43,703 bases of DNA from a virus: IMG/VR virus record IMGVR_UViG_3300032435_000019; one strand, given 5' to 3'. The notes beneath the pieces were generated by a model that searched no databases, was not told the DNA's origin, and was given only the letters and a program-made list of their open reading frames with translations. Positions within the stretch are counted from its first letter, which is position 1; every line of letters starts with the position of its first letter. Below, in pieces: positions 1 through 9,621 of this stretch. The translations under genes and the position numbers were made by a program.

Positions 1-127
1 GGCGTTGCTTATCTGATTGACGATGCCGTTGTAGTAGGTCGATCTCTGTAGCGGCAGCGGCGCGCTGGGTAGCGTGAATGATTCGGTGTATCTTGCGGCC
101 CTGGTGATTCTTAGCTGCGCGAGCCAG
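1..127. repeat. 127-bp terminal direct repeat identical to 43577..43703, interpreted as a circular-assembly overlap
   Basis: I compared the first two sequence lines with the last two base by base. ggcgttgcttatctgattga...ctgcgcgagccag occurs at both ends. Confidence 0.95.
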
Positions 128-1293
128 CCGTTAAAGTCCCATAATGGGTCGGGAGAGGATGCTCCGATCTGGAGGTTGTCGGATACCTCGCTGGGCTTGC
201 GGATCATGCTGGCTGTGGTGTTCCGCTGCACGCCGTCGATAAACCATGTGCCGTTGGTGCCCTGGAGAACGAAGGCGACGTGGTGCCATGTGTCGTCTGT
301 GAGCGCTATATCGGTAATCGATGAGCTCTGCTGTGCTGCGGCGTTTCTCATGTAAAACGCCAGCCTATTGTCGGTCCGGCGCTCTATGTTCCAGCGGTTT
401 GCTGTATTCGTGCCGTCGCGGTTTGTGACGATATAGTTTGGGTCTGCGTCCGGGCGGAGCTTGATCCAAAAATCGACCGTCATTGCGTTGGGGTGAAATC
501 CGAAGTCGGTGCTTGCGACTGCGGTTTTTATTTCATCGCCGTTGCCGTCGAATGCGATGCTGCCGGTGTAGCTTCCTGGAGGCTTCTCTATCGCTGTTAG
601 CGCCGGCGTGCCTAGAAGGTTGAGCGCGTAGCCGACTGGGCCCTGGTCGGTAATGTCCTGGGCGTTGGCTGCGACCTGCGGGTCTCCGGTCATTATGAAT
701 ACGACGTCGCTGAAAAACGGGTCTAGTAAAACGTCTATGTCGCTGGTCTCCGCGTGCGTCAGCAGGACTATGTCATTAAAGTATTCGTCGATCAAAACGC
801 CGTCGTAGGCTATAAATTCCGGAACGACTGGCGCGTGCGCGAGCGGCCACCAGGATTCTATGGCCTCGAAGGTGGCGCTGCCCACGCTTCCGGTTTCGTT
901 GCCGCCGGCGTTAATCCACCATGCGGGCTCTGTTGGAAAGCTGCCGCCTGGGACGAGGCAGCGATAAACGTAGCCGGTCTCGTTTCCTGGTGTCGGGCGA
1001 ATAATATCGCCTACGCTGAACGCGGTGCCCGGCGTCCATCGGTCGCCGTAATCGTCTAGTGCGATGATGATTACTTCGCCGAGGAAGCCCTCTAGGTCGA
1101 TTTGGTATTCGCCTAGAGCGTTGGATCGCGCTGTGCCCATGACCTGCCGTATCTTGAGCGGAAAGCCGGCTCCGTCGTCGCTGCCTGCGAGGTCTATCGG
1201 GTGATAGCTTAGTGCTATGACGTTCCGTTCGACCGGCTCGCCTAGTAGCGTTATGACGCCCGAAACTTTCCCTGAGTCCTGTCCTAGTGGCAT
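1..1293 (-). CDS. Tail fibre / receptor-binding protein, N-terminal part of an ORF that wraps the junction and continues at 43576 down to 41909 (about 986 aa in total). This part contains the first LamG/concanavalin-like domain.
   Basis: The ATG at 1293..1291 overlaps the TAA of the upstream gene (TAATG). I translated the minus frame by hand from 1293 to 1 and found no stop (MPLGQDSGKVSGVITLLGEPVERNV...WLAQLRITRAARYTESFTLP). The frame is continuous with 41909..43375, because 43576-43375 = 201 = 3x67. The ORF track misses it because it runs off the window edge. Confidence 0.8.
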   Translation of the reverse strand, partial: MPLGQDSGKVSGVITLLGEPVERNVIALSYHPIDLAGSDDGAGFPLKIRQVMGTARSNALGEYQIDLEGFLGEVIIIALDDYGDRWTPGTAFSVGDIIRPTPGNETGYVYRCLVPGGSFPTEPAWWINAGGNETGSVGSATFEAIESWWPLAHAPVVPEFIAYDGVLIDEYFNDIVLLTHAETSDIDVLLDPFFSDVVFIMTGDPQVAANAQDITDQGPVGYALNLLGTPALTAIEKPPGSYTGSIAFDGNGDEIKTAVASTDFGFHPNAMTVDFWIKLRPDADPNYIVTNRDGTNTANRWNIERRTDNRLAFYMRNAAAQQSSSITDIALTDDTWHHVAFVLQGTNGTWFIDGVQRNTTASMIRKPSEVSDNLQIGASSPDPLWDFNGWLAQLRITRAARYTESFTLPSAPLPLQRSTYYNGIVNQISNA

Positions 1294-4200
1294 TAGTCTG
1301 CGTCGCCTCGTAGCTGTAGGGTGAACTGATCGTTGGCCTGGGTGGCTTGTCCGGATAGCGTGGTGCGGGATAGCCATATAGGTCCGAGGCAGCCCTCGGT
1401 ATTAAACCGCAATACGTTATTGGTTGCCCAGCCTATTCCCCAGCCGGCCTGTCGAACGACGAAGTATGGCTCGTTTTTGTTGGGGTTCATTGGCGCGGTG
1501 TCGCCGTTGATGTTCCCCTGGCCTATGACGCCGAGCTGCTCGCCTACTATGTAAAATGAAGTGCTGCTGTAGAACCACAGCGCCCATTTTTCAGTGATTG
1601 CGCCGTTGTTGGCGTACTCGATTGGATTGTCGATGTTGTTGTATTGCGCCGTCGTTTCATCGCCCTGGCGCTGGTCGGTCCAGTTGGGGTCTCCGCTGTT
1701 CCAGACTTTTTGCGTGAACTCCGAATAGACGCGGCTATTCAAGTCGCCCCAAAGCAAGGCCGAGCTTACCGAGCATCCCGCTGGGTAGTCGTGCGCTAGC
1801 GGCGCTATGAATGATAGCTCGCCGGTGATCTGTACGTCGTTGAGCAGCGTCATGTGCTCTATGCGATATTTGATCGTTAGCGGCGCGGTGATGGGATTGG
1901 TGTTCGCGTCCTGCAGTAGAACGGGGTCGGCGAATTGCACGATGCCCTGCTCTTTGGCGACGGTGTACTGCGCTGGGTCCATTGCTTTGCCGGTGCTGTC
2001 GTAAACGATCGCTGAGGCTATGAAGGTATCGCCCAGGTCGATTGCGGCGTTGTCTGCCGGCGTGCCTATATCAACTTCCTGGTTGTTGCTTATGACTACG
2101 ACGTCGCCTGTTCGGTATATCGGGACTCTGCCGTCGGATGGCAGGCGTACCGGATCGAGGCCTATTAGCTCGGCGTCTAGTGGTAGGAAGCTGAATAGAA
2201 CGGCGTTGTAGATGCCGTTTCCCTGGACCGGCGTCATGCTCGCTCCGGTGGCGTCTGATTCGTCGGTCGTGAAACTGAGCGCGACGATGCCGGTCTGGTA
2301 GTTGACTTTTCCGATAACCCCTGGCGCTATGAGGTCGCCTTCGCTGTCGCTGGTGATGTTTATGATGTTGCCTTCTAAGTCGGTCACAATTATTTGAAGC
2401 GATGTTGGCCGTATCGGTGCCCCTGGTGTTCTGAATACCATGCTGGTTGCGAAGGATGTTTTGCCTGCGGTCGTGAGGCTTAGTATGTTCACGCCTGGGG
2501 CTGCTCCTCCTGTCCAGGTGTTTAGTGTGACGATCCGCTCCTGGTAGTCGATGGTACCGACTGCTGTTCCGGCTCCTGTTTTGCTGTCAAATCCGCGGTA
2601 TATAATGCCGTCGCGGTCGTAGTATTTCTGACCGCCAAACACAAAGAGGACGCTGTCCTCGATGATTATGTCGTCGCCTGTTGGGACTAGCTTTACCTCT
2701 AGCGCTCCAGGATTGTATCCGACAAGCGCGCTTGGGATGTTCGGGTCGCCCGCCTGTCGATACTTCGCGTAATAGCTCTCTTTTAGGTATCTGAGCCCGG
2801 TGACGTTTACTGTTCGGATGCTACTTTCCCATCCGCTTGCTGGTGCCTCCCAGCGATACCATTCTTGATAGCTGTAGGCGTAGTTTTCCGCTTTTACTAT
2901 TTCCCAATAGCCGGTTTGGTAGTCGATAGATCCGCCTATGCCGCCAAGCCAGCCGCCGGCACCGTCGTCGCGCACAAGGACGCGTGCGGACAGATAGTCA
3001 ACGCCGCGCCCAGTTTGGCGCTGGGCCATCATTATCTCGACGGTTCCTGGCGAGACCGGCACGTTGTCAAAGGTGCCCGATGTTATCCTGGTGCCGGCGC
3101 TATAGTTTTCGTAATTCTCGTTGAAGGCGATGCCGCTGGTGTAGGTGGCGTCGAAGGTCGTGCCGTCGTCATGGATTGTTATCGGCTTGAGCTTTGCGAG
3201 CCCGCTGGTGTAGTTGATCGTGCCTTCGCCGTCGCCCTGGAGGTTTCCTGCGCCGTCGTCTGTGACGGTTTTTAGGTTGCCGCCGCTGGTGTATGTGATC
3301 GTGATGGTGCCTGGGACTAGGGCGTCGTCCATTTGGACCTGGATTTCTGGTATCCAGTCGGCGATGGTGCCTTCGTGCGTCTCGTATTCCTCGTCGATAT
3401 CCATTATCCAGTTGTAGATTATGGCGGTGCCTACGTCGGGGAGCGCCTCGGTGGTGACTAGCGTGGTGCCCGTTGCGTAGTCGACTGAACCGGTGCCGGT
3501 CCCTATTAGCTGTCCGGTGCCGTTGTCGCGTAGTTCGTACCAGCGCCCCTGCGCCATGTAGCTTACGATCATGGTTCCTGGTCGCGGTTTATCCTGGGCG
3601 AAGGTGTACGTCCAGTTGTAGCCGCGGTTGTTGATTGTGATTTCTCTTTGGAGCGATACCGCTCGGCCGGTGAAGCCTGCGCCTGGGATGTAGCTGGCTG
3701 TTCCGGTGACGTTGCCCGAGCCGGTGCCGCTGTCCCTGGTCCCGAATATTGCGCCGCTATCGTAGTCGACGTTGAGTGTAGCGAATGGGAATGATCCGCT
3801 CGCCCTGGTTAGGATGCCGCTGCCGTTGTCGGTGTACGAGCTGCCGCCGATGATTAGCGATAGGCTGCGCCGCACGCAGGCCCTGTTGGTGAATACCTGG
3901 AAGTTTGTTCCGCTGGTGTAGGTGCCGGTGATGGCCTCGCTAATAGCGTTCGCTCGTCCTGCTATTACGATCAGGGACTCGTAGCCTGCCACCTGATTGA
4001 GTAGCGGCTGCTCGCTTTGCGCGCTCGGGACTAGGCTGCTGTATATGCTGTCGACTTTGATCTTGAGGTCGCCTACAGATGCCGGCTCCTCGCTTTTTTT
4101 GACGCCCCAATAGCGGGCCGCGTCGGCGACTTCGGTGCCAAATATTTTGGCGTTATTGTTGCCGGTGGTGGTTCCTGGTGTCGGCTGCCCGCCGGTGAAG

Positions 4201-4796
4201 GTTTGCTCTAGCGGTGCGCTTATGGATAGGACGAGCCGCATACGGGTGAAGTCAACGAAGCCGCTGCTGGTCTCGTAGCTAAATACTGTCGGTTCCGCGT
4301 CTACCTGGGTGATCCGGACGTACTGCTCGTCATTGCCCTCTTTGATAAGGTAGACGTCGCCTGTAGCCGGCAGCGCGGTCTCTAGTCGCTGGATGCAGAC
4401 GATCTGACGCTGGTTTTCGAACTGGTTGCCTATGAATTCAAACTGCGCGGCCGCTCCCTGGACGACGTATGATTCTATACGGTCCTGGGCGCTCGCCCGC
4501 TCGTCGTACTCGTTGCCCGCGTCGAATATGAGGACGTTGACTAGCGGGTCCGCTGGCGGCTCTGTGATGATAGCGTGCGCGCCCAGGTAAAGATCGCTAT
4601 TGTTAGTGTCTACGCCGACAAACGCCTTCCGGAGCGCTACGTCACCGACGGTCCTATCGAGGCGGCTTATGTCCTCGAATAGATTATTTATATTCCCGTC
4701 GATTACTTCGCGGCCTGTCGCCCTGCCGCCGCCGTCGTTCTCGTCGCTGAGTCGCTGGCTTTCGTATAGTTTGACGTCCTCGGGATTGATAGACAT
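1293..4796 (-). CDS. Large distal tail / host-specificity protein (1167 aa)
   Basis: Long ORF two genes downstream of the tape measure. It has repeated beta-rich segments, each ending in a G-x-G-x-(I/V)-(D/N)-Y-x-(T/S)-G motif (SVDYATG, TINYTSG, SIDYQTG, KVNYQTG, TIDYQER). It is translationally coupled to both neighbours. Confidence 0.7.
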   Translation of the reverse strand: MSINPEDVKLYESQRLSDENDGGGRATGREVIDGNINNLFEDISRLDRTVGDVALRKAFVGVDTNNSDLYLGAHAIITEPPADPLVNVLIFDAGNEYDERASAQDRIESYVVQGAAAQFEFIGNQFENQRQIVCIQRLETALPATGDVYLIKEGNDEQYVRITQVDAEPTVFSYETSSGFVDFTRMRLVLSISAPLEQTFTGGQPTPGTTTGNNNAKIFGTEVADAARYWGVKKSEEPASVGDLKIKVDSIYSSLVPSAQSEQPLLNQVAGYESLIVIAGRANAISEAITGTYTSGTNFQVFTNRACVRRSLSLIIGGSSYTDNGSGILTRASGSFPFATLNVDYDSGAIFGTRDSGTGSGNVTGTASYIPGAGFTGRAVSLQREITINNRGYNWTYTFAQDKPRPGTMIVSYMAQGRWYELRDNGTGQLIGTGTGSVDYATGTTLVTTEALPDVGTAIIYNWIMDIDEEYETHEGTIADWIPEIQVQMDDALVPGTITITYTSGGNLKTVTDDGAGNLQGDGEGTINYTSGLAKLKPITIHDDGTTFDATYTSGIAFNENYENYSAGTRITSGTFDNVPVSPGTVEIMMAQRQTGRGVDYLSARVLVRDDGAGGWLGGIGGSIDYQTGYWEIVKAENYAYSYQEWYRWEAPASGWESSIRTVNVTGLRYLKESYYAKYRQAGDPNIPSALVGYNPGALEVKLVPTGDDIIIEDSVLFVFGGQKYYDRDGIIYRGFDSKTGAGTAVGTIDYQERIVTLNTWTGGAAPGVNILSLTTAGKTSFATSMVFRTPGAPIRPTSLQIIVTDLEGNIINITSDSEGDLIAPGVIGKVNYQTGIVALSFTTDESDATGASMTPVQGNGIYNAVLFSFLPLDAELIGLDPVRLPSDGRVPIYRTGDVVVISNNQEVDIGTPADNAAIDLGDTFIASAIVYDSTGKAMDPAQYTVAKEQGIVQFADPVLLQDANTNPITAPLTIKYRIEHMTLLNDVQITGELSFIAPLAHDYPAGCSVSSALLWGDLNSRVYSEFTQKVWNSGDPNWTDQRQGDETTAQYNNIDNPIEYANNGAITEKWALWFYSSTSFYIVGEQLGVIGQGNINGDTAPMNPNKNEPYFVVRQAGWGIGWATNNVLRFNTEGCLGPIWLSRTTLSGQATQANDQFTLQLRGDAD

Positions 4797-4797
4797 T

Positions 4798-5190
4798 TTA
4801 TGGCTCCACGGTCACTAGTCGGATTATTTCGATAACGTAATCGGTGGTCGCCTGGGGCGTGCCGCCGTATCGGGTGAGCCGGCGCGCCTGGATAGCTGCG
4901 CCGGTGTCTCGGTTAAAAATACACTTGAAGGTCTGCCCGTCGGGTAGTGTAACGTCGAATTGGTGGCCGACGATATCCTCCTTTGCTTTTAGCGCTGCCA
5001 CGGTCGCTCTATCGTGCCAGACGGCGTCCTCGCCTCCTACTAGGTCAATCGGTCGGCCGTATGTCTTTTGCTGCTCCTGTACGAGAAATGCGCCGGTGAC
5101 GCTCCGGTCCTGGGTCTGCGCTACTGGCGACCATTCAAACTCGTTGCGCCAGTCAAATTGGTTGGATAGCGTTATTCCGTCGATTAGCAT
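4798..5190 (-). CDS. Minor tail protein, distal-tail candidate by position (130 aa)
   Basis: The ORF follows the tape-measure stop directly (5191/5190 abut) and precedes the 1167-aa tail protein. No recognisable motif. Confidence 0.5.
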   Translation of the reverse strand: MLIDGITLSNQFDWRNEFEWSPVAQTQDRSVTGAFLVQEQQKTYGRPIDLVGGEDAVWHDRATVAALKAKEDIVGHQFDVTLPDGQTFKCIFNRDTGAAIQARRLTRYGGTPQATTDYVIEIIRLVTVEP

Positions 5191-8100
5191 TTAGCTGGTC
5201 CTCAGTCCGGCCTGCGCTAGCAGGTTTAGTAGTTGCGAGGGATTATCGGTGCTTACGTTGACCGATTGCCCGCCGAGCTTTAGCTCTATGACTTGCTGGG
5301 CTCCGGTGTTTGCTGTCGGCTTTGTAGCGTTCGGCTCCTGGGAGGCTGCGGTGCGTGATTTCGCCTGATCCTGGGCGGCTTTTTGCGCTTTGTCCTCGGC
5401 CCTGTTTTTGGCTTCCAGGTCGTATATTTCTCGGGTTAATTTCAGCGACGCCTCTAGGTCTGCGATGGAGTCCTTGTTTTTGAAGAAGCGGGCCTGCTCT
5501 AGCTCGGCCTCTAGGGTCGCTATATCGCGCTGCAGGTTGCGCTGCTCGACGGCTTCTATGTTGCCCCTGAGTCGGTCTAGCTTGTCTTGTAGCGCGCCCA
5601 GGGCTCGGTCTGTGGAGTCGGATAGCCGGTCCATTTCCTGGCTGGCGCGCTGTATTCCTTGCGTTAGGTTGCTGAGGTCCTGGTCGTTTAGCAGGTCGCT
5701 GCTTTCGACCATTTGCTGCGCCCGACGGATGAAATCCTCCTGGGTGACGCTGCCGTCCTCGAAACTCTGGAATAGCCGCCGCGCTGCGATGGTCTGCTCT
5801 AGGAATGCTTCCTCTACTTTTCGGGCCTCGGTTCGCAATGTTTTGAGATAGCCTTGCATTCCGCTGGTGTCGGCGAGAGCAAGCCCTTCCAGTCGGATGT
5901 TGCCTATTTCGAGCGATACCTGCTTGAGCCGAGACTGTAGGGCCTCTAGCTCGTCCATTGGCTCTGCCGCGCCAAGCGCTAGCTGGTCGAATGCCTGGGC
6001 CGCGCCGGAGGAGAGTTCCTGTAGCTGTGCCCTGTAGCCTTCTATCGCGTCGATTAGAAATGCCATTGCGCTGCCGGCTTTGGCTGCTCCAGCCTCCACG
6101 CCGTCGCCTAGTCCCGCGCCCGCTTCACCGGCTCCGGCCATTTCGCTACGGAGGACGCGCAGGCGCTCGGTGAGCCCGTTGATCTTTGCGTCGCTTGCCT
6201 CGGCATCGTCGCCTACTGATTTCAACGCCGCGGCGTATTGCGTGGCGTCTATGGTTCCCGCTACTAGCTGGGCTCTGAGCGCTTCTAGTAGCTGCTTTTT
6301 CCCTGCGTCGGTTTTGACTTTTGCAAAGGCGGCCTGGAATGCGGCGATGATCTTTTTGCCGGCTATGTCAGCCGCGTCACCGCTCTGAGCTATGTTGTCC
6401 GCTACCACGCCGAAGTTGCGGATTGCCTCCTGGCCGACGTCGCTGATTCCGTCGGTTACTAGGCCGAGGTCTACGTTGAGGTTTTTTAGCGCCGCGGTAA
6501 CGGTCTCGTTTATCGTGGTGGCGAATTCGTCGGCTCCGTTTATGCCCTGCTCAAAGGCAAACTGCGCGTTTATTGCGAATGCCGATAGCTCGTTCGCGCT
6601 TAGGTCCTTTAACGCCGCGCCGAGCCTTTCCTTGATGGTGTCCGCTGTGATGAGGCCCTGCTCTGCGAGGTCCGCTAGGATCGCTATTACTTCGCCGACG
6701 TCCTGGGTGACGGTGAGGTCGTAGTCTTTGAATATTGTGTCTAGGGCCTCGCCTGACTTTTCGCCCTCCGCTGTTAGCGCCTGGAACTTTGTAGTGGCCG
6801 ATTCGACTGCTAATTCGAGCTCGGATTTTATTGCGTCCGCGGTGTCGCTTACTGCGCGGGATGTTAGGTCGAGCGAGGCGTTGTATTCGGCGATAGCGTC
6901 TGTGCCGGTGATCCATTTTTCGTTGGCTCGATCGAATACTGCGGTGCCTTCCTCCTGCATTTTGATCATATCGTCGAGGCTGGTGACGGCTATGCCGGTC
7001 TGCTCGGCGAATTGCGCCATGCGCTGCGCTGCTTCGTCCTCCAGGCCCGCTTTCCCCTGGAGCGATTTGTCTAGCTCCTTCCTCGCGGCTATTAGGTCCT
7101 GAAATCTGCTGACGGTGAGGGCTACCGCTTGAATCAATCCCGCCCACGCGAGGCCTGTCACAAGGGGGCCTAGCGCTCGCAATGCGACGGTTGCTTTAGA
7201 TACGCCGCCGGTTAGTGTGCCGCCGAATGCCGCGCCCAGGCTGGTTACGTTTTTGATGCCCTCGGATAGCTTTAGTCCTAACCAGGCCGCGCCTAGCAAT
7301 TTGATCGCTGGTATGGAGGCGACGACCGCCTGGGTGAATAGGGATATAGCGGAGAATACCGCTACCATTCCGTCGCTTACTTGCTGCGCCCAGCGCCGGA
7401 GCGTGCCGTCGTCTGATAGCGTTTTGATTCGTTCGGAAACGGAGGCGATGCGATTCTTGAAATCTTCTAGTGCGCCGCTTTCGGAGATGGCGTTTAAGAA
7501 ATTGACCCAGGTGTCTTTTAGGTTCGATACGAGGCCGCTCAACAAGCTCATGTTGGCCGCGGCTGCGCCGGTGGACGACTTGCCCATTTCGTCAATTAGG
7601 GCCTTTATGGCGTCCTTTCCGAGCGCTCCGGCGGCGCTCATGTCCTGGATTTCGGCGGCCGTCTTGCCGGTGGCTTTGCTGAGTAGCTCGTATACGGGGA
7701 CGCCTCGCTCTATGAGCTGGAGCATTTCCTCGGCCTGGAGCTTTCCTTTTGCGTTAGCCTGCCCGAGCGCGTTGGCGATACCAATTAACCTCTCCTGGCC
7801 GCCGCCCAGCTTTTCGTTCTGATCGACGATCGCCTGTAGGGTGCCGTCCATTGGGTCGAGGCCGAAGTTCTTGAGCCGCAGGAATGCGTCGGTCACGCCC
7901 TCTAGCTGGAGCGGTGTATTAGTTGCGAAGTCCTTTATCCAGCCGGTGGCCTTGTCGCCTTCCTCGATACTGCCCATGACTGCGCGCATCTGAATGGCGA
8001 GCTTTTCGAACTTGTCGCCGGTGGATAGCACTGCTGTAAAGGCGTTTTTTACTGCGGCAAACCCCACGGCCGCGCCTACTAGCGCACCGACCCGCTTTGC

Positions 8101-8247
8101 CATTTTGGCTAGGCCACCTGATTCGCCTCCGGCCTTTTCGGCCTCGACGTTGGTGTCCTTGATCTCCGTTCTGAATTTATCGAGGCCCTGCTTCGTGAGG
8201 TCCTTTAAACGGATAATGATATTGAGCGCGGTTTCTTTTAGGGCCAT
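5191..8247 (-). CDS. Tail tape measure protein (1018 aa)
   Basis: The N-terminal third matches the TP901-type TMP core pattern (FATNTPLQLEGVTDAFLRLKNFGLDP...LGQANAKGKLQAEEMLQLIERGVPVYELL). The rest is Ala/Gly-rich with hydrophobic segments and a long coiled-coil C-terminal half. It lies after the tube gene. Confidence 0.9.
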   Translation of the reverse strand: MALKETALNIIIRLKDLTKQGLDKFRTEIKDTNVEAEKAGGESGGLAKMAKRVGALVGAAVGFAAVKNAFTAVLSTGDKFEKLAIQMRAVMGSIEEGDKATGWIKDFATNTPLQLEGVTDAFLRLKNFGLDPMDGTLQAIVDQNEKLGGGQERLIGIANALGQANAKGKLQAEEMLQLIERGVPVYELLSKATGKTAAEIQDMSAAGALGKDAIKALIDEMGKSSTGAAAANMSLLSGLVSNLKDTWVNFLNAISESGALEDFKNRIASVSERIKTLSDDGTLRRWAQQVSDGMVAVFSAISLFTQAVVASIPAIKLLGAAWLGLKLSEGIKNVTSLGAAFGGTLTGGVSKATVALRALGPLVTGLAWAGLIQAVALTVSRFQDLIAARKELDKSLQGKAGLEDEAAQRMAQFAEQTGIAVTSLDDMIKMQEEGTAVFDRANEKWITGTDAIAEYNASLDLTSRAVSDTADAIKSELELAVESATTKFQALTAEGEKSGEALDTIFKDYDLTVTQDVGEVIAILADLAEQGLITADTIKERLGAALKDLSANELSAFAINAQFAFEQGINGADEFATTINETVTAALKNLNVDLGLVTDGISDVGQEAIRNFGVVADNIAQSGDAADIAGKKIIAAFQAAFAKVKTDAGKKQLLEALRAQLVAGTIDATQYAAALKSVGDDAEASDAKINGLTERLRVLRSEMAGAGEAGAGLGDGVEAGAAKAGSAMAFLIDAIEGYRAQLQELSSGAAQAFDQLALGAAEPMDELEALQSRLKQVSLEIGNIRLEGLALADTSGMQGYLKTLRTEARKVEEAFLEQTIAARRLFQSFEDGSVTQEDFIRRAQQMVESSDLLNDQDLSNLTQGIQRASQEMDRLSDSTDRALGALQDKLDRLRGNIEAVEQRNLQRDIATLEAELEQARFFKNKDSIADLEASLKLTREIYDLEAKNRAEDKAQKAAQDQAKSRTAASQEPNATKPTANTGAQQVIELKLGGQSVNVSTDNPSQLLNLLAQAGLRTS

Positions 8248-8266
8248 TTGGTGTTCCCTGGGGTAT

Positions 8267-8294
8267 AAAAAAAGGGCGGCCGATTGGCCTGCCC
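8267..8294 (-). terminator. Rho-independent terminator/attenuator between the tail tube and tape measure genes
   Basis: Minus strand reads GGGC(A)GGCC-aatc-GGCCGCCC followed by TTTTTTT, 55 nt after the tube stop and 20 nt before the TMP ATG. Confidence 0.6.
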
Positions 8295-8348
8295 CTTGAT
8301 CTGGACGCTACAGGTTAGCGGCGTCGCGGTCCTGCTTACTGCTCTGGC

Positions 8349-9098
8349 TTATGGGGCTTTTTGCTGCACCCTCATAAACTTCGAGATGCCTGCGCCGGAG
8401 ATATTACCGTCGGATAGCACTTCGAAGTCGGCGGTCATTTCTCCAAACTCGTCACCGATGAAGTTCAAGTCCTGGGCTGGGCTGAACTTCACGCGGTGCA
8501 TTCGCAGGGTGATGAGGTCGCCGCCCTGGGCTTCGTTTACGCCGTTGAAGTAGAGTTCGTACTCTGCTCCGGACGCGGTTAATGCTTCGAGCACTTCGGC
8601 GTCGTCTTTGGTGTAGTCGACCAGAATTCCGGTGGCGTCGATGTTGCCGCCGTCGATGGTCACGATGCCGTTGTTCTCAAGCTGGTAGTCGGTGCCTAAA
8701 ACGCAGGCTGTGCCGCCGGTAAGCGTAACTGTGAGCCCTGGTGCCGCCTTGTTAACAAGCGAATCAAAAGGGATGAACTCGCCGCCGATTCCGGTGGTCG
8801 GGTGTGCTTCGTCAAGCTGTGAGCCGGCCGTTTGGCCGCCTTCTGTGCCGCGAAGGAACAACGCGAGGTTTGCTACGCTGACGTCGTGCACCGTGACCGA
8901 TCCGGTCATGCCGGTAATCGAGGTGAGCACGTTGGCGTTACCGCCGCCCTCGGTGGTGTAGTCTTTGAGCTCTTTTTTCTCCTCGTCAAATGAGACGGCG
9001 AGAACGGAAGTGTTGCCCATTGGCGCGAAGCCTCCGGCGGCTCGGTCCCGAATATAAAGCGGGCCTTTACCGATGTAACTGCGATCTACTCGTGCCAT
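8349..9098 (-). CDS. Major tail (tube) protein candidate (249 aa)
   Basis: Size and position: last gene before the TMP and after the neck genes. Gly/Thr-rich, beta-type composition. A terminator follows, as is often seen after highly expressed structural genes. Confidence 0.65.
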   Translation of the reverse strand: MARVDRSYIGKGPLYIRDRAAGGFAPMGNTSVLAVSFDEEKKELKDYTTEGGGNANVLTSITGMTGSVTVHDVSVANLALFLRGTEGGQTAGSQLDEAHPTTGIGGEFIPFDSLVNKAAPGLTVTLTGGTACVLGTDYQLENNGIVTIDGGNIDATGILVDYTKDDAEVLEALTASGAEYELYFNGVNEAQGGDLITLRMHRVKFSPAQDLNFIGDEFGEMTADFEVLSDGNISGAGISKFMRVQQKAP

Positions 9099-9101
9099 GA
9101 T

Positions 9102-9551
9102 CTATCTCCTCTGGATGGCTTGTGTCCAGGAAACTGCCCACCAAGCCAGCCCCTTTCCGTTGTCTATTTCGCCGCTGTAAAGGTTCTCGGCGGTGATCGT
9201 ATCTGGTGCGACGGACCTGAACTGCTCGGGCTTGCCCCACCTGTTGTAGACGACGATCCCTGTGATCTGCTCTACTATTTCGAGGGCCGCTTTGTGGCGG
9301 TCCTCTCCTCGGGTGTCGGCGCACAATATGAATGCGACGAACCTGACTGTTGCTTTCCGGACTCCGTCGCCTTCGACTTCTACGTCTGGAATCTGCTCTA
9401 TCGCTACTCGCACGCTTCGCGGCTTTAGTAATATTTTTCCGAACTCGTCGTCGGTAAACCGGCCCGGGTGGTCCCGCACTTCTATGTCGTTCCCGAGCGC
9501 GGTGTCTAGCGCTTGGGTGACTGTGTCGAGCGCATCGTTAAACAATCCCAT
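9102..9551 (-). CDS. Neck / tail-terminator-position protein (149 aa), at the Mu gp37-like position
   Basis: Called on synteny only: it lies between the gpG-like/DUF1320-like genes and the tube gene. Confidence 0.45.
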   Translation of the reverse strand: MGLFNDALDTVTQALDTALGNDIEVRDHPGRFTDDEFGKILLKPRSVRVAIEQIPDVEVEGDGVRKATVRFVAFILCADTRGEDRHKAALEIVEQITGIVVYNRWGKPEQFRSVAPDTITAENLYSGEIDNGKGLAWWAVSWTQAIQRR

Positions 9552-9601
9552 GCTGGTCCTTCCTGCTTCTGGTGTATTTGTACGTCATAGCTGTGGCCTG
9601 C

Positions 9602-9621
9602 AATAGTTGGGATATTTCCTA
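9602..9621 (-). promoter_or_regulatory. Conserved late-region 20-mer, copy A (minus strand TAGGAAATATCCCAACTATT)
   Basis: Differs at 1 of 20 positions from copy B (13493..13512). It overlaps the TAG stop of 9619..10125 and lies about 50 nt upstream of the ATG at 9551. Confidence 0.5.

Noticed and set aside
1-127. The terminal 127-bp repeat as physical direct terminal repeats (a T7-like DTR)
   Set aside because: An intact structural ORF runs through the junction, and the length equals a common assembler k-mer. The packaging genes look headful or Mu-like. This cannot be excluded without read data.
74-1059. Plus-strand ORFs 74..355 and 754..1059 at the left end of the window
   Set aside because: They lie antisense to the uninterrupted 431-codon minus-strand frame (the 5-prime part of the tail fibre), which I translated by hand. 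They have no supporting signals.
6551-7147. 198-aa minus-strand ORF inside the tape-measure gene, in a different frame
   Set aside because: It has extreme Arg/Gly/Pro/His composition (RRYRRIQRLARPNIPRSKRHRGRNK...), typical of off-frame reading in GC-rich coding DNA. It is fully nested in a confidently identified TMP.
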